This document shows positions 19,620 through 30,236 of a DNA stretch of 64,000 nt, one piece after another (position 1 is the stretch's first letter; each line of letters starts with the position of its first letter). The notes below the pieces were generated by a model, which did not search any database, was not told where the DNA came from, and saw only the letters and a list, made by a program, of their open reading frames with translations. The stretch spans positions 576,001-640,000 of the forward strand of contig CBDCDZ010000004.1 in assembly GCA_965215565.1 (NCBI GenBank), read 5' to 3'. The translations under genes were made by a program, and so were the position numbers. Source of the stretch: Trueperaceae bacterium. GTDB taxonomy: Bacteria > Deinococcota > Deinococci > Deinococcales > Trueperaceae.

Positions 19620-21221
19620 TTATGCGAAGTAGCGCTGCGCCGCCTCCTGGTCTCCCTGCGTTCTACTACTGTCCCACTCGAGCGTCTGAGCTAACAGTTC
19701 GGACACACGGGAAATCGAGTTTCTCGTCGCCTCTTCGTCGAGAAAGCCGATGCGCGTGCGGCGGGCTAGAAAGTCCGTTGCGCTCCGCGCGCCTTCGTGC
19801 TTGGCGGAGTAGACGACTTCCGCCTCCAGGAAGGGCTCCCCGTGGACGAGCCGCTCGCCGAGTCCGTTCGTCGCGAGCGCGGCGACGTTGCGCGCTCTGT
19901 CGCCGTAGGCACGGTTGAGGTACTCGGCGATGTCGGCGGCGAGACCAAACTCCTGCTGGAGCTTGCCGATATCCGAGTCGGTGAACTTCTCTGCGCCCAC
20001 GAGTTTGAGCGTCTCGGTTTGTGATCCGCGCGCAGGCTTCAAGCTGCCGAGTTTTACCGCTTCGTTCACGGCGTCGAGCGCCATCTTGCGGTACGAAGTC
20101 CACTTGCCACCTGCAATCGTGAGGAGTCCCGAGTCGCTGATATTCACCACGTGGTCACGCGAGAGCCCCGCCGTATCGGACGCTTCTGGATCAGAAACTA
20201 GGGGGCGCAAGCCGGACCAGCTCGAGAGCACGTCCTCGCGCTTAACGGGTACGTCGAAGTAGCGCTCGATGTGGTTGAGGATGTACTGAATGTCCTCTTC
20301 GCTAGGCTTGGGGTTATCCTCGATATCGGCGGGCTTGTCCGTCGTACCCACCAAGGTGTGGTTCAGCCAAGGCAGCAAGAAGAGCACCCGCCCATCGTCT
20401 GTTTCGGGGATCAGGAGCCCTGTTTCGGGAGGCGAAAAGCGCTGGTCTAAGACGATGTGCACGCCTGAACTCGCCTCCAACATCCCCTTAGCGTCCGGGT
20501 CGTCCATGTAGCGAATCTTATCGGTGAAGGGTCCGGTAGCGTTGATAACGACTTTCGCCGACACCTCCCACTCATCCTCGCTGAGCCTGTCGCGCAGCTT
20601 GACGCCGCCCAGCTTGCCGTTCTCTTTAGTGAGCCCCGTCACCTCGACGTGGTTGACGGCTGCCGCGCCCTGCTCGGCGGCGGTCAAGACGATCGCCAAA
20701 TTCATGCGGGCGTCGTCGAACTGCCCGTCGTAGTAGACGACTGCGCCGCGCAAACCCTCTTTTTTAAGCATCGGAAACTGCTCTTTAGCAGCCGTGGGTC
20801 CTAAAAAGCGGCTCGGCTGCAAGTTGGCTTTACCGGCTAAGCGGTCGTAGATTTTGAGTCCAGTGGTGATGTAGGGGACCTCGAGCAGGTTGTAAATAGG
20901 CGTCAGGATAGGCATCGGCCGCGCCAAATGCGGCGCAATTTTAAGCAGCACCGCGCGTTCTTTGAGCCCGTCACGCACCAGATTCCACTGGGTACGGTCG
21001 AGGTGCTTAATGGCTTTTTCTAGGTAGCGCACGCCGCCGTGGATGAGCTTGGTGGAGCGGCTGGACGTACCCGCTGCAAAGTCGTCACGTTCAACTAACG
21101 CCACGTTCAAACCACGCGTCGCCGCGTCTAGAGCTACACCCGCGCCCGTCGCTCCGCCGCCAATCACCAGCACGTCAAACGTCTCGTTCTTCAGTCTTTC
21201 TAAGTGCGCTTCGCGGTCCAT
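19620..21221 (-). CDS. glpD: FAD-dependent glycerol-3-phosphate dehydrogenase
   Basis: GGGATGAG, GTSSRSTKLIHGGVRYL, GGKWTSYR; adjacent to glpK. Confidence 0.95.
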   Translation of the reverse strand: MDREAHLERLKNETFDVLVIGGGATGAGVALDAATRGLNVALVERDDFAAGTSSRSTKLIHGGVRYLEKAIKHLDRTQWNLVRDGLKERAVLLKIAPHLARPMPILTPIYNLLEVPYITTGLKIYDRLAGKANLQPSRFLGPTAAKEQFPMLKKEGLRGAVVYYDGQFDDARMNLAIVLTAAEQGAAAVNHVEVTGLTKENGKLGGVKLRDRLSEDEWEVSAKVVINATGPFTDKIRYMDDPDAKGMLEASSGVHIVLDQRFSPPETGLLIPETDDGRVLFLLPWLNHTLVGTTDKPADIEDNPKPSEEDIQYILNHIERYFDVPVKREDVLSSWSGLRPLVSDPEASDTAGLSRDHVVNISDSGLLTIAGGKWTSYRKMALDAVNEAVKLGSLKPARGSQTETLKLVGAEKFTDSDIGKLQQEFGLAADIAEYLNRAYGDRARNVAALATNGLGERLVHGEPFLEAEVVYSAKHEGARSATDFLARRTRIGFLDEEATRNSISRVSELLAQTLEWDSSRTQGDQEAAQRYFA

Positions 21222-21498
21222 AAAGCTCCTTTATAGAGGTGGCTCGAATAGAACTTCTCGGAGGAAAAACAAATTATATTATGTAGCAGTTCCAAAACAT
21301 ACTGAGACAGTTGAGCGCAGCTCAACGGAACCTCATCTCAGAATGTGCGTCCTACATGAGGTTCTCAAGAGTGAAAGTGTTTCTAACCAAATGATAGCTG
21401 TTAATAGTTACAGTATTGCAAAAAACGCGGCGCAGCGCCGTAGGCAGCGCTACGCTCACCGCAACGCTGCCCAACACGCCCATACCTCTGTCAGGCGC

Positions 21499-22992
21499 TC
21501 ACTTGTCGTCCCACGACTTGGCGCGTTCCAAGGCTTCGTGCCAGCGCCCTGTCAGTTCTTCGCGCCGGCCCTCCTCCATCTGCGGCTCGAAGCGCTTCTC
21601 CTCCTCCCAGAGCGACTCTAGTTCATCCTTGCCGCTCCAGAAATCCACGGCGAGCCCGGCGGCGTACGCTGCGCCTAACGCCGTCGTTTCCGTGATTTTT
21701 GGACGCACCACCTCGACGCCTAACGTATCCGCTTGGAACTGCATCAAGAGGTCGTTTTTCGCCGCGCCCCCGTCCACGCGGAGTTCTTTTAGGGGCGTGC
21801 CGCTGTCCGCCTCCATCGCCTTCGCCACGTCGTTGACCTGATAGACGATGCCTTCTAGCGCCGCTCTCGCAATGTGCCCCGCTGTGCTGCCCCGCGTCAG
21901 ACCGACGATGGTGCCGCGTGCGTACTGGTCCCAGTGGGGCGCACCTAACCCGGCAAAAGCAGGTACGAGGTAGACGCCGCCGTTGTCCTCTTCGCTCTGC
22001 GCGAGCTTCTCCACGTCTTCTGAGTTGCGGATAATGCCCAAACCGTCGCGGAGCCACTGAACCACTGCGCCTGCGATGAAAATCGCACCTTCGAGCGCGT
22101 AGTCGGTGGTGCCCTCCATCTCCCAAGCGATGGTGGACAGGAGCTTGTTCTCGGACTTAACGGCCTCTTGACCCATATTCATGAGAAAGAAGCAGCCCGT
22201 CCCGTAGGTGTTTTTCCCCTGCCCCTTCTCGAAGCAGACCTGCCCGAAAGAGGCTGCTTGCTGGTCCCCTAAAATGCCCGCGATAGGCACTTCAGACCGG
22301 AGTTGCCCCTGCGTCGCGTGACCGTACACTTCGGAGGACGACTTGACCTCGGGGAACATCTCACGGGGGATATTAAGAATGTCTAAAATCTCCTCGTCCC
22401 ACTTTTTCTCATGGATATTAAACATCAGCGTGCGGCAGGCGTTGGATACGTCCGTGATGTGGACCTCGCCGCCCGTGAGTTTATAGATGAGCCAACTATC
22501 GACGGTGCCGAAGAGCAGCTCGCCCGCCTCGGCCCTTTTGCGTACCCCGTCCACGTTGTCCAAAATCCAAGCGAGCTTGCTGCCTGAAAAGTAGGCGTCT
22601 AAAATGAGCCCGGTCTTCTCCTGAAAGGTATCCTCGAGCCCGTCCGCCTTGAGCTTGTCGATAAACTTAGAGGTGCGCCGGTCCTGCCAAACAACGGCGT
22701 TGTAGACGGGCTCGCCCGTCTTTTTGTCCCAGACGATCGTCGTCTCGCGCTGATTGGTGATGCCGATAGCTTCGATGTCCGACGAGGCGATATTCGCGTT
22801 CGCGATCGCTTCGGAGATGACACCTGACTGCGTGGACCAGATTTCGTTCGGTTTATGCTCGACCCAGCCTGGCTCTGGGAAGATCTGCTCGAACTCCTTC
22901 TGCCCGGTTCCTACGATTTCTCCGTCGTGGTTGAAGACGATGGCTCTCGAGCTGGTCGTTCCTTGATCGAGTGCGATGATATAGCTTGCCAC
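21499..22992 (-). CDS. glpK: Glycerol kinase
   Basis: [34 protein letters not shown]. Confidence 0.97.
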   Translation of the reverse strand: MASYIIALDQGTTSSRAIVFNHDGEIVGTGQKEFEQIFPEPGWVEHKPNEIWSTQSGVISEAIANANIASSDIEAIGITNQRETTIVWDKKTGEPVYNAVVWQDRRTSKFIDKLKADGLEDTFQEKTGLILDAYFSGSKLAWILDNVDGVRKRAEAGELLFGTVDSWLIYKLTGGEVHITDVSNACRTLMFNIHEKKWDEEILDILNIPREMFPEVKSSSEVYGHATQGQLRSEVPIAGILGDQQAASFGQVCFEKGQGKNTYGTGCFFLMNMGQEAVKSENKLLSTIAWEMEGTTDYALEGAIFIAGAVVQWLRDGLGIIRNSEDVEKLAQSEEDNGGVYLVPAFAGLGAPHWDQYARGTIVGLTRGSTAGHIARAALEGIVYQVNDVAKAMEADSGTPLKELRVDGGAAKNDLLMQFQADTLGVEVVRPKITETTALGAAYAAGLAVDFWSGKDELESLWEEEKRFEPQMEEGRREELTGRWHEALERAKSWDDK

Positions 22993-23061
22993 TTTCTACC
23001 TCCTAGTGAATTTGCGGATGAACCGGTATAGCTAAACCCGGCACAAAATGCGCCGCTCGCC

Positions 23062-23784
23062 TTAGCCTGGGAAGAGTAGCGCGTAGCTTACACCGCCCAA
23101 TGCCCCCCCTACGATGGGCGCGACGATAGGCACCCAAGCGTAGCTCCAGTTCGAGTCACGCTTGCCCGGTATCGGCAACAGCGCGTGCGCTAAGCGCGGC
23201 GAGAAGTCCCTTGCTGGGTTGATGGCGTAGCCCGTCGGTCCTCCTACGGAGAGCCCGATTGCCCACACTAGAAAGCCGATAAGGAGCGGTTGAATCCCTG
23301 ATCTGTCAGGCAACTCGCCCCCGTAAAAGCCGATGGCCAATACGCCGAAGACGAGCAGAAACGTCCCTATCACCTCGGTGACAAAGTTGGAGGGCAAATC
23401 GCGGATTGCGGGCGTGGTGCAGAACACGTCGAGCTTGGCTTGCGGGTCTTCGGTCCTTTCCCAGTGCGGTCTATAGGCCGCCCACACCACCACCGCACCG
23501 ATGAAACCGCCGATAAGCTGCGCGAGGATGTAAGCGGGTACCTGAGCCCATTCGAACGCGCCACTCGCGGCGAGCCCCACAGTGACCGCCGGGTTGATAT
23601 GCGCGCTGCTAAATTCGAACACGCTGTATACTGCGACGGCGACGCCTAGTCCCCACCCCGTCGTGATCACAATCCAACCTGAGCCCTCCCCTTTCGAGCC
23701 CGCCAAACTCGCCGTCGCTACCACGCCGCACCCAAAAATCATCAGCAGTGCGGTGCCTATAATCTCAGCCACAAAGAAGTTCAC
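23062..23784 (-). CDS. glpF: Glycerol uptake facilitator (MIP)
   Basis: HINPAVT and AINPARD NPA motifs. Confidence 0.95.
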   Translation of the reverse strand: MNFFVAEIIGTALLMIFGCGVVATASLAGSKGEGSGWIVITTGWGLGVAVAVYSVFEFSSAHINPAVTVGLAASGAFEWAQVPAYILAQLIGGFIGAVVVWAAYRPHWERTEDPQAKLDVFCTTPAIRDLPSNFVTEVIGTFLLVFGVLAIGFYGGELPDRSGIQPLLIGFLVWAIGLSVGGPTGYAINPARDFSPRLAHALLPIPGKRDSNWSYAWVPIVAPIVGGALGGVSYALLFPG

Positions 23785-24121
23785 TCATACTCCCCTTTGA
23801 ACGTTGTTCGCCTCACTTCACTTAGCGTTGCTCACAAGCGAGTTTCTGACACCACCCCCAACGCAACTATGGATAAAAGATAAAGCGCAACTACGCCTCT
23901 TTAGACACAGCTTTATCCATCTGTTAGCTCTCAAAGTTTCAGCGAGCATACATTTCGCTGACGGGGTCTGTCAACGCCGCAGCGGATGAGAGCGTTTTTA
24001 CTGCACGCTCATCACCGAGAGCAGAGTGACTGCTTTACGCTTATAATTTCGGAACGCGAAACTTGGTGAGGTGACGCATCAGCCGTAAGAGGTTGCTCGG
24101 CTCCGCTATACTTTGGTTATC

Positions 24122-24595
24122 ATGCTTTCGTCACCTTGTCAGAAAACACTGAAACGTAAACTTTTGAGCGGCGCTATTTTCGGTGTGACGAGTAGCGTTT
24201 TTTTCGCTTGCTTTTTCGTGTTGTTCGGTTCGGGTAGCCCTTCAAGTTTCGACCTCTACGCTCTCATACTGACTGCGCTTCCTGCTGCCACTATTGCTTT
24301 TTTAGTTACTCCAGGAGCTGATAAGCATATCGAGGACTGTTCGAAAGAGGATTCACTTTTAGCCGGTGCAGGCATTACAGCACTGACTTACCTCTCGAGC
24401 CTCGCTCTGTTGTTTTTTCACAGTGTCACCGAAACGCCGCCCAATAACTTTATAGGTTTCATTGAGCTACTCAATGACGGACTTGCTTTAGCCTGGATTG
24501 GCGCTTGGTTGATGCTCTTGCCCGCGCTACCTTTCAGCATGTTCGGCGGTTGGCTCTACAGACGCTTAGCGAAACGGACGCTCAGCACAAACTAA
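24122..24595 (+). CDS. Hypothetical membrane protein (about 4 TM)
   Basis: Hydrophobic ORF filling an intergenic gap; TATACT upstream. Confidence 0.55.
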   Translation: MLSSPCQKTLKRKLLSGAIFGVTSSVFFACFFVLFGSGSPSSFDLYALILTALPAATIAFLVTPGADKHIEDCSKEDSLLAGAGITALTYLSSLALLFFHSVTETPPNNFIGFIELLNDGLALAWIGAWLMLLPALPFSMFGGWLYRRLAKRTLSTN

Positions 24596-24608
24596 AGCGT
24601 CTCACCTC

Positions 24609-25247
24609 TTATTTGCTCTTCCCCCCACCACTCAGCGCCGCCCCCACACCAAGCAACACATAGATACTCCCGCTCACGTAGTGCTGAACGCTAAGAAACC
24701 GTCGGCTCTGCTTGAGCCAGGTGCCAAATGAGCCTGCCAAGAGCGCGTAAAGTCCGTCACTCAAGAGACCGATGACGATAAACAGCGCACCGAGCACGAG
24801 AATCTGCACCTCGATATTGCTTTTTGAGACGGCGACGAACTGCGGCAGAAAGGCGAGGAAGAAGATAGCCGACTTGGGGTTGAGCACGTTGATGACGACG
24901 CCCTCGAGGAAAATCTTACGAAGCGGTTGCAGAGTTATCTCACCTGCTTGGGGGGCGGCAGGTCGACTCAGGAGTTTATGCACACCCAGATAGATGAGGT
25001 ACGCCGCGCCTAAATATTTAACGAGGCTAAACGCAACGGCTGAGGACGCGAGCAGCGCGGAGATGCCTAATGCCGCCGCAAAGATGTGGACGAGCGCGCC
25101 GACAGCCGCGCCTAAAACAGAGACCAAGCCCGCCGTGCGCCCCTGCTCCAAGCTGCGGGCGACGACGTAGAGCACGACGGGACCAGGTGTAACAACCAGA
25201 GCGAACGCCGCGCCTGCAAAGAGAAGGAGGGTGGGGATGTCGGGCAT
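24609..25247 (-). CDS. LysE/RhtB family amino acid exporter
   Basis: TPGP, GAAYLIYLG, NVLNPKSAIFFLAFLPQF. Confidence 0.93.
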   Translation of the reverse strand: MPDIPTLLLFAGAAFALVVTPGPVVLYVVARSLEQGRTAGLVSVLGAAVGALVHIFAAALGISALLASSAVAFSLVKYLGAAYLIYLGVHKLLSRPAAPQAGEITLQPLRKIFLEGVVINVLNPKSAIFFLAFLPQFVAVSKSNIEVQILVLGALFIVIGLLSDGLYALLAGSFGTWLKQSRRFLSVQHYVSGSIYVLLGVGAALSGGGKSK

Positions 25248-25278
25248 GATTGGACCTCTTTCTGAAAACAGTTAAAAG

Positions 25279-25364
25279 CAACGAGCAATGAGTGACGAGT
25301 AAAAACTTTTTAGACTCATTGCTCATTGCTCGGAACTCATTGCTTCTCTTTCCTCATTGCTCGG
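25279..25364. repeat. Heptamer repeats (CTCATTG / CAATGAG)
   Basis: Four CTCATTG copies in 25315-25359, another at 25489, inverted copies at 25279-25299. Confidence 0.65.
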
Positions 25365-25486
25365 TAGGTGAAGGCACAGGTGATCGCTGAACAGGTGAAG
25401 GCTAAGAGCCTATAGAGCTTTGCTCTAACCTGTGCGACCGGCTTTACGCCGTAACCTGTAAAGCCTTTGAGCTTCGCTCTAACCTG
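25365..25486 (+). mobile_element. Triple-nested ~41-nt structured element (CAGGTGA...TAACCTG)
   Basis: Inner 25392-25432, middle 25377-25458, outer 25365-25486; each reconstructs to 40-41 nt. Confidence 0.8.
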
Positions 25487-25495
25487 TACTCATTG

Positions 25496-26581
25496 CTATA
25501 CTTTTAGCCGCTCGTACTCGTTTTCAGACGGCAAACCCCACACCGCCCAAAACTCGCCCGTCGCAGGTCTCATGATCGCTGCGCCGCACGACTCGACGTG
25601 GTGGGGTGGCTTGGAGGTGACGCAGATGGCGTCGGGGTCTCTCGTCACGGCTTTTAAGTCCTCTTCGGTGATGTCGCCTTTCGCTAAGAGGTTATGACCT
25701 CTTTGCAGTCGCGCTTCAGAACTCGCTTGTGAGGTCTCTTCGCGGGTGCGTTCGACGCCGCGTGTCGAAGAGGTCAGGCAGTGGTTCGTGTGAACGAGTG
25801 GTTCGTCCCCTAACTCGGTGATATGTGTACGCGTCGGCATCGCTTCGACGTTGTAGCCTCTGCCCGTTTTATCCATCAAGAGATAGTTGTGTGCGCCTGC
25901 GAGTTTGACGTCGGTGATGCAGGCTAAAGCGTCATCTGCGGTGGACTGCTCGAGCGCTTTGCGAATCACAAAAGGCCACGTCACGCCGACTTGCCCGTCC
26001 GCGCCGCCCAAGTTGTTGATGCCGATGGCGACGCCCTCGCTGTTCATGCCGATCATCCCGACGCAACCTACCGTTGTAAAGGCTAAAAACTCGGGCTTAC
26101 CTTCCAGTTTGCCGCGCAGCATGACGACGTGCGGCGTGGCGCTGTCGTGCATGTCCCAGGTTTGTCCGTAGAAACCTCTTTGATTTGCGGACGCGCTATT
26201 CGGAACGAGAAACGAGGTGCAGTTGTCCGCGCCTGCGTGAGCGGGGACTTTCGAGGAATGCGCGTTATACACCAAGTCCACGAAGTCGGTAAAACCGCCC
26301 ACGATGACCAGTTCCGCTAGGCTCAAGCCCGTCGCCTCACCGACACCTCTTAGCTCGTCCAGCAAATGCGGCGCGTAGCGCTCGTGTTCGTCCACGCACG
26401 CCTCAGCTAGCGCTAGGACCTCTTGCCTGGACAAATCTTGCCCGGACCACTTAGCGTCGCCGCTCAGCTTCACGCGCTCGCGGGTGAATTCTACGATGTC
26501 CTCCTTGAACGCCTGCCCGTGCTTGTAGCCCATCTCAAAAGAGGTGCCGGAAAGCTCCAACACCCGTAGCTTCTTCGTCAT
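25496..26581 (-). CDS. C45 family Ntn-hydrolase (acyl-CoA:6-APA acyltransferase-like peptidase)
   Basis: Autocleavage site NCTSF, GQTWD, GMNSEG, HTNH. Confidence 0.88.
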   Translation of the reverse strand: MTKKLRVLELSGTSFEMGYKHGQAFKEDIVEFTRERVKLSGDAKWSGQDLSRQEVLALAEACVDEHERYAPHLLDELRGVGEATGLSLAELVIVGGFTDFVDLVYNAHSSKVPAHAGADNCTSFLVPNSASANQRGFYGQTWDMHDSATPHVVMLRGKLEGKPEFLAFTTVGCVGMIGMNSEGVAIGINNLGGADGQVGVTWPFVIRKALEQSTADDALACITDVKLAGAHNYLLMDKTGRGYNVEAMPTRTHITELGDEPLVHTNHCLTSSTRGVERTREETSQASSEARLQRGHNLLAKGDITEEDLKAVTRDPDAICVTSKPPHHVESCGAAIMRPATGEFWAVWGLPSENEYERLKV

Positions 26582-26650
26582 AAAGGACAGTTTAACAGAT
26601 GAGGCGACGCCTCTTCGCTCATCATTTAAGGACGTGTTAGGTTAGGACGG

Positions 26651-27118
26651 ATGGACTTCGACAAGGTAGATAGAAAGATTTTGAGCATCTTGCGCGAGAA
26701 TGGGCGGGCAAGCCATGCGATGATCGCCAAAGAGGTCGGATTGAGCGCACCTGCAGTGGGCGAAAGGGTGCGCAAGCTCGAGTCGAGTGGCGTCATCGCT
26801 GGATACCAGGCGGTCTTGAACCCGGACGCATTAGGCTTGGGCATCTGCGCGTTCGTCTCCATCGCGCCGCAGCCGCGCAACCCCGGCGCAAGCCTCGTTG
26901 ACAACCTCATGACGCTGCCCGAAATCGAGGAGTTACACGCTGTCGCGGGTCAGTACAGCTACGTCGCGAAGGTGCGCGTGCCGACGACGCAGGATTTGGA
27001 CGAGTTTTTGGACCGGCTCTGGATTTTAGAGGGCGTGGAGCGGGCGCAGACGACGATGGTCTTGCGCACGAGCTTGGAGCGCCCCGTCCACCTCCCTTTC
27101 GAATTTGAAGAGGTCTAA
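26651..27118 (+). CDS. Lrp/AsnC family transcriptional regulator
   Basis: DRKIL..L.ENGR...IA..VGLS......ERVRKLE..GVI.GY. Confidence 0.93.
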   Translation: MDFDKVDRKILSILRENGRASHAMIAKEVGLSAPAVGERVRKLESSGVIAGYQAVLNPDALGLGICAFVSIAPQPRNPGASLVDNLMTLPEIEELHAVAGQYSYVAKVRVPTTQDLDEFLDRLWILEGVERAQTTMVLRTSLERPVHLPFEFEEV

Positions 27119-28297
27119 ATGACCGTCCCTAAAACGGTTCGCGCGTTAGGCGAAGACGACTTGGAGCAGATGTTCGCGGTGCGTGAGGTGGCGTTTTTAG
27201 AGTCCTCAGACCTCAGCGACCCCAAGACGCTGCAACGCTACCGAGACCGGCTCCCCTATACAAGAGGTTATTTCGACGAGGGCACGCTCACGAGCGTCTA
27301 CACCCTCTTTCCCTTCGAGATGTACCTGGCGGGTAGGCGCGTGAAGATGGGCGGTCTGGCGGGCGTGGCGAGCAAACCCGAATACCGGCGGCGCGGTCAC
27401 ATCGCTAAGTTGTTAAAGGACGCCTTGGAGCAACTGCGCGCGGCGGGCGTCGGCTGGTGCTTGGAGTACCCCTTTGACCCGCGCTTTTATGCGCGCTACG
27501 GTTGGCAGAGCGTGAAGAGCGGTGCGCTGGTTGAAGTTCCGAGTGAGAGGTTATTGAGGGGGCGTGCGCCAGACGCCGTAAGGCTCGAGCGAGGCGACGC
27601 CCCACAGCTCGAGTCGATCTACAAGAGGTGGGCGCAGGGCTACAACTTCACGCTCTCGAGAGACGACGGCGCACGCCCCGACTGGACCTGGCACGTCAGG
27701 CGTCCTTGGGAGGCGCGCGACAGGTTGATCTACAAACTAGGGGACGCCTACTGCCTCTTGGATTTCCGCGAAGATGAAACAGGGCGGAGCGTGCTGAACG
27801 TTCACGACTACGCCTTCCTTTCACCCGAAGGACGCCACAACCTCTTTGCATTTCTCGGCTCTTTTCATGGACAAGTTGACGTCGTTAGTTTGCACCTGCC
27901 GAGTGGCGAGCCGCACCTCTTGGACTGGCAAGCGTACGTTCACAAAAATGACGAGGCGTTGCAGGCTCGAGTCGTGGACGTAAAAATAGCGTTGGAATCC
28001 CTCTCGAGCACTAGAGAAACCTCTTTCACCTTGCGCGTGGCGGACGATTTCTGTGAACGGAACAACCAAACGTTCGCCGTCACGTTAGGCGAAAAAACCG
28101 AGATGGCGCTTGCCCAGACCTCTTCACCGGACCTCTCGCTCGACGTTAAAACGCTTGCACTTCTACTGTCGGGCAGCCTAAATGCGACGGAGGCGCGGCG
28201 TGCCGGGCTCCTCGAGGGAGATGTCGAAGTGGCGAGGGCGCTAGCGTCTCTCGCAGGCGAGCGAACCTCATTTATGCCCCTTTCAGATTATTTCTAA
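27119..28297 (+). CDS. Eis-like GNAT acetyltransferase with SCP2 domain
   Basis: VASKPEYRRRG, YPF..FYARYGW, C-terminal SCP2-like region. Confidence 0.88.
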   Translation: MTVPKTVRALGEDDLEQMFAVREVAFLESSDLSDPKTLQRYRDRLPYTRGYFDEGTLTSVYTLFPFEMYLAGRRVKMGGLAGVASKPEYRRRGHIAKLLKDALEQLRAAGVGWCLEYPFDPRFYARYGWQSVKSGALVEVPSERLLRGRAPDAVRLERGDAPQLESIYKRWAQGYNFTLSRDDGARPDWTWHVRRPWEARDRLIYKLGDAYCLLDFREDETGRSVLNVHDYAFLSPEGRHNLFAFLGSFHGQVDVVSLHLPSGEPHLLDWQAYVHKNDEALQARVVDVKIALESLSSTRETSFTLRVADDFCERNNQTFAVTLGEKTEMALAQTSSPDLSLDVKTLALLLSGSLNATEARRAGLLEGDVEVARALASLAGERTSFMPLSDYF

Positions 28298-28404
28298 TTT
28301 TCTGTACTTTCTCTCGGTTCAGACAGCTTCAGTCAGTATTCGAAACCCACGTGACTTAGCTTCGTAGCGAGAATCTGCGCCGAGATTCTCGAATTCTAAA
28401 ACTA

Positions 28405-28433
28405 TTGACAAATTATCTAAATGCTTGTACTAT
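28405..28433 (+). promoter_or_regulatory. Sigma70-type leaderless promoter
   Basis: TTGACA-17 nt-TACTAT, then 6 nt to ATG 28440. Confidence 0.7.
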
Positions 28434-28439
28434 TCGCTC

Positions 28440-29627
28440 ATGAAAATCTTTTTTGGTAGGACCTTACGTAAACTTCTCTACGTCCTTCCTCTCACCTCAC
28501 TCCTCCTCTCGAGCTGCTCCTCTGCACAAGCGCCCAGCGACTTGAGCAGCCCTGAAGGGGTAGAAGCTTATCTAAAAAATCAGATAAATGAGGGAAGTCG
28601 AGATGTCGCCCTCGCCGTTTACAGCGTCAATGAGGACGGCACACTCAGCTCGGACAACGCGCTCACGTATAACGAAAACGCGCCGCTGCCGCTCGCTTCG
28701 ACGGTAAAAATCGTGGTTTTAGCCGCTTACGCGCAGGCGGTGGCGGAAGGAACTTTGAACCCGGACGAAGAGGTCAGCGTGAGGGATTGGGAGGCGTACT
28801 ATCTGCCTTTTACCGATGGCGGCGTACACCCCTTGGTACTCGAGTCCTTGGGTATCGCGACGGACGAACTCGGGTTCGCAGAGGAAGATGTAAGCGTCCG
28901 CTTGGACGACATCGCGAGCGCCATGATCGTTCCGAGCGATAACGCGGCGACGGATTACCTCATGAACCGCCTTGGCGACGCGGCGTTGGCGCGCGTGATC
29001 GAGGAGAATGATCTGTCCCAGCAAGAGGTCCCGCTGAGCATCCTCGGCATGTTCCTCGCATGGCAAAATGCCGACAGTCCGCAATTCACGCAGTATCCAG
29101 AAGGTGAGTTTAGAGCCGCCGCCGAGCGCTACGAGGCACGCTACCTCACCGACGCCGCTTGGCGCGAGGCGCAGCTAGAGTGGCTACAGTCTCCCACCTC
29201 TTCTCCGAGCAGTTACGAGGAGCAAGTCGAGACGTTCCAGGCGTTTGCCAGCGGCAGCGCCGAGGACTACGCCCGCATCATGGCGGGTGTGGTGAGCGAG
29301 ACCTTTATGGGTGCCGAGGCAAGTCAGGTGATGCGGCGTCACTTGGAATGGCCCATGCAGATTCCGGGCAACGAAGAGGTCTTTCAGACATTTGGAGCAA
29401 AGGGGGGCAGTTTACCGGGCATCGTCACTGAGGCGTCGTATCTCGTCCCGAAAGAGGGCGACTTCGCGGGCGAGCCGCGCGTCGCCGTGCTCTTTCTCAA
29501 CCGTCTGAGTGAGGCGGCTTCGGGAGGTCTCACAGAGAGCTTCGCGCAGCAAACCGTCTTAATTCAACTTGCGGCAGACCGCACTACCGTAGAAAGTTTC
29601 GCTGATACAATGCGGCTTAGTGAGTGA
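28440..29627 (+). CDS. Serine hydrolase lipoprotein (class A beta-lactamase fold)
   Basis: Lipobox LSSC; S-T-V-K, SDN, KGG motifs. Confidence 0.88.
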   Translation: MKIFFGRTLRKLLYVLPLTSLLLSSCSSAQAPSDLSSPEGVEAYLKNQINEGSRDVALAVYSVNEDGTLSSDNALTYNENAPLPLASTVKIVVLAAYAQAVAEGTLNPDEEVSVRDWEAYYLPFTDGGVHPLVLESLGIATDELGFAEEDVSVRLDDIASAMIVPSDNAATDYLMNRLGDAALARVIEENDLSQQEVPLSILGMFLAWQNADSPQFTQYPEGEFRAAAERYEARYLTDAAWREAQLEWLQSPTSSPSSYEEQVETFQAFASGSAEDYARIMAGVVSETFMGAEASQVMRRHLEWPMQIPGNEEVFQTFGAKGGSLPGIVTEASYLVPKEGDFAGEPRVAVLFLNRLSEAASGGLTESFAQQTVLIQLAADRTTVESFADTMRLSE

Positions 29628-30219
29628 CACACGCGAAAATAGCAACGTACGTAAAGATGAGGTAGGAGAACTTAGGCGGCGTTTAGCAGAGGTCGAGAAG
29701 CGGGTGGGGAGGCTCGAGAACCCTACGCTCGCTCGAGCTAAGGATGAGTCCTCACCCGACGAGGTTGACTACGCGCTCCTGGACCGGCTGAGCCGCCGCG
29801 CCGCGCCCGAATACCGCAGCGAGCACGCAAAAGGCGCGGTGACCTATGCGGGCGCGTACCGCTCACCCAACGGCGAGTTCATCTGGCAGAGCGAACGCCC
29901 CGCTCCGCTCCTTTTACACGCCTCGGCGGACGAACTAAGTGTGACGCTCGCCGCCCTCGCTCACGGCGCACGCCTCACCATCGTGCAGTACCTCTTGGAG
30001 CACGGTCCGAGCGAACGCGGCACGCTGCAAGACCTCATCGGGACCGCCTCATCGGGGCAGCTCTACCATCACCTCAATACGCTTTTGGACGCGGGCGTGA
30101 TCGTGCTGCTGAGGCGCGGTGTATACAGCGTACCGGCGGAGAACCTCATCAAGCTGCTCGCGCTGCTGAGCGCGGCGTACGACTTGGGGGAGAATGCGCC
30201 CGCGAGAGGTGGCGAGTAG
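29620..30219 (+). CDS. ArsR-like winged-helix regulator
   Basis: LAALAHGARL.I...L...SSGQLYHHL..L...G. Confidence 0.8.
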   Translation: MSDTRENSNVRKDEVGELRRRLAEVEKRVGRLENPTLARAKDESSPDEVDYALLDRLSRRAAPEYRSEHAKGAVTYAGAYRSPNGEFIWQSERPAPLLLHASADELSVTLAALAHGARLTIVQYLLEHGPSERGTLQDLIGTASSGQLYHHLNTLLDAGVIVLLRRGVYSVPAENLIKLLALLSAAYDLGENAPARGGE

Positions 30220-30236
30220 CGCGCTATGCGAAATCC

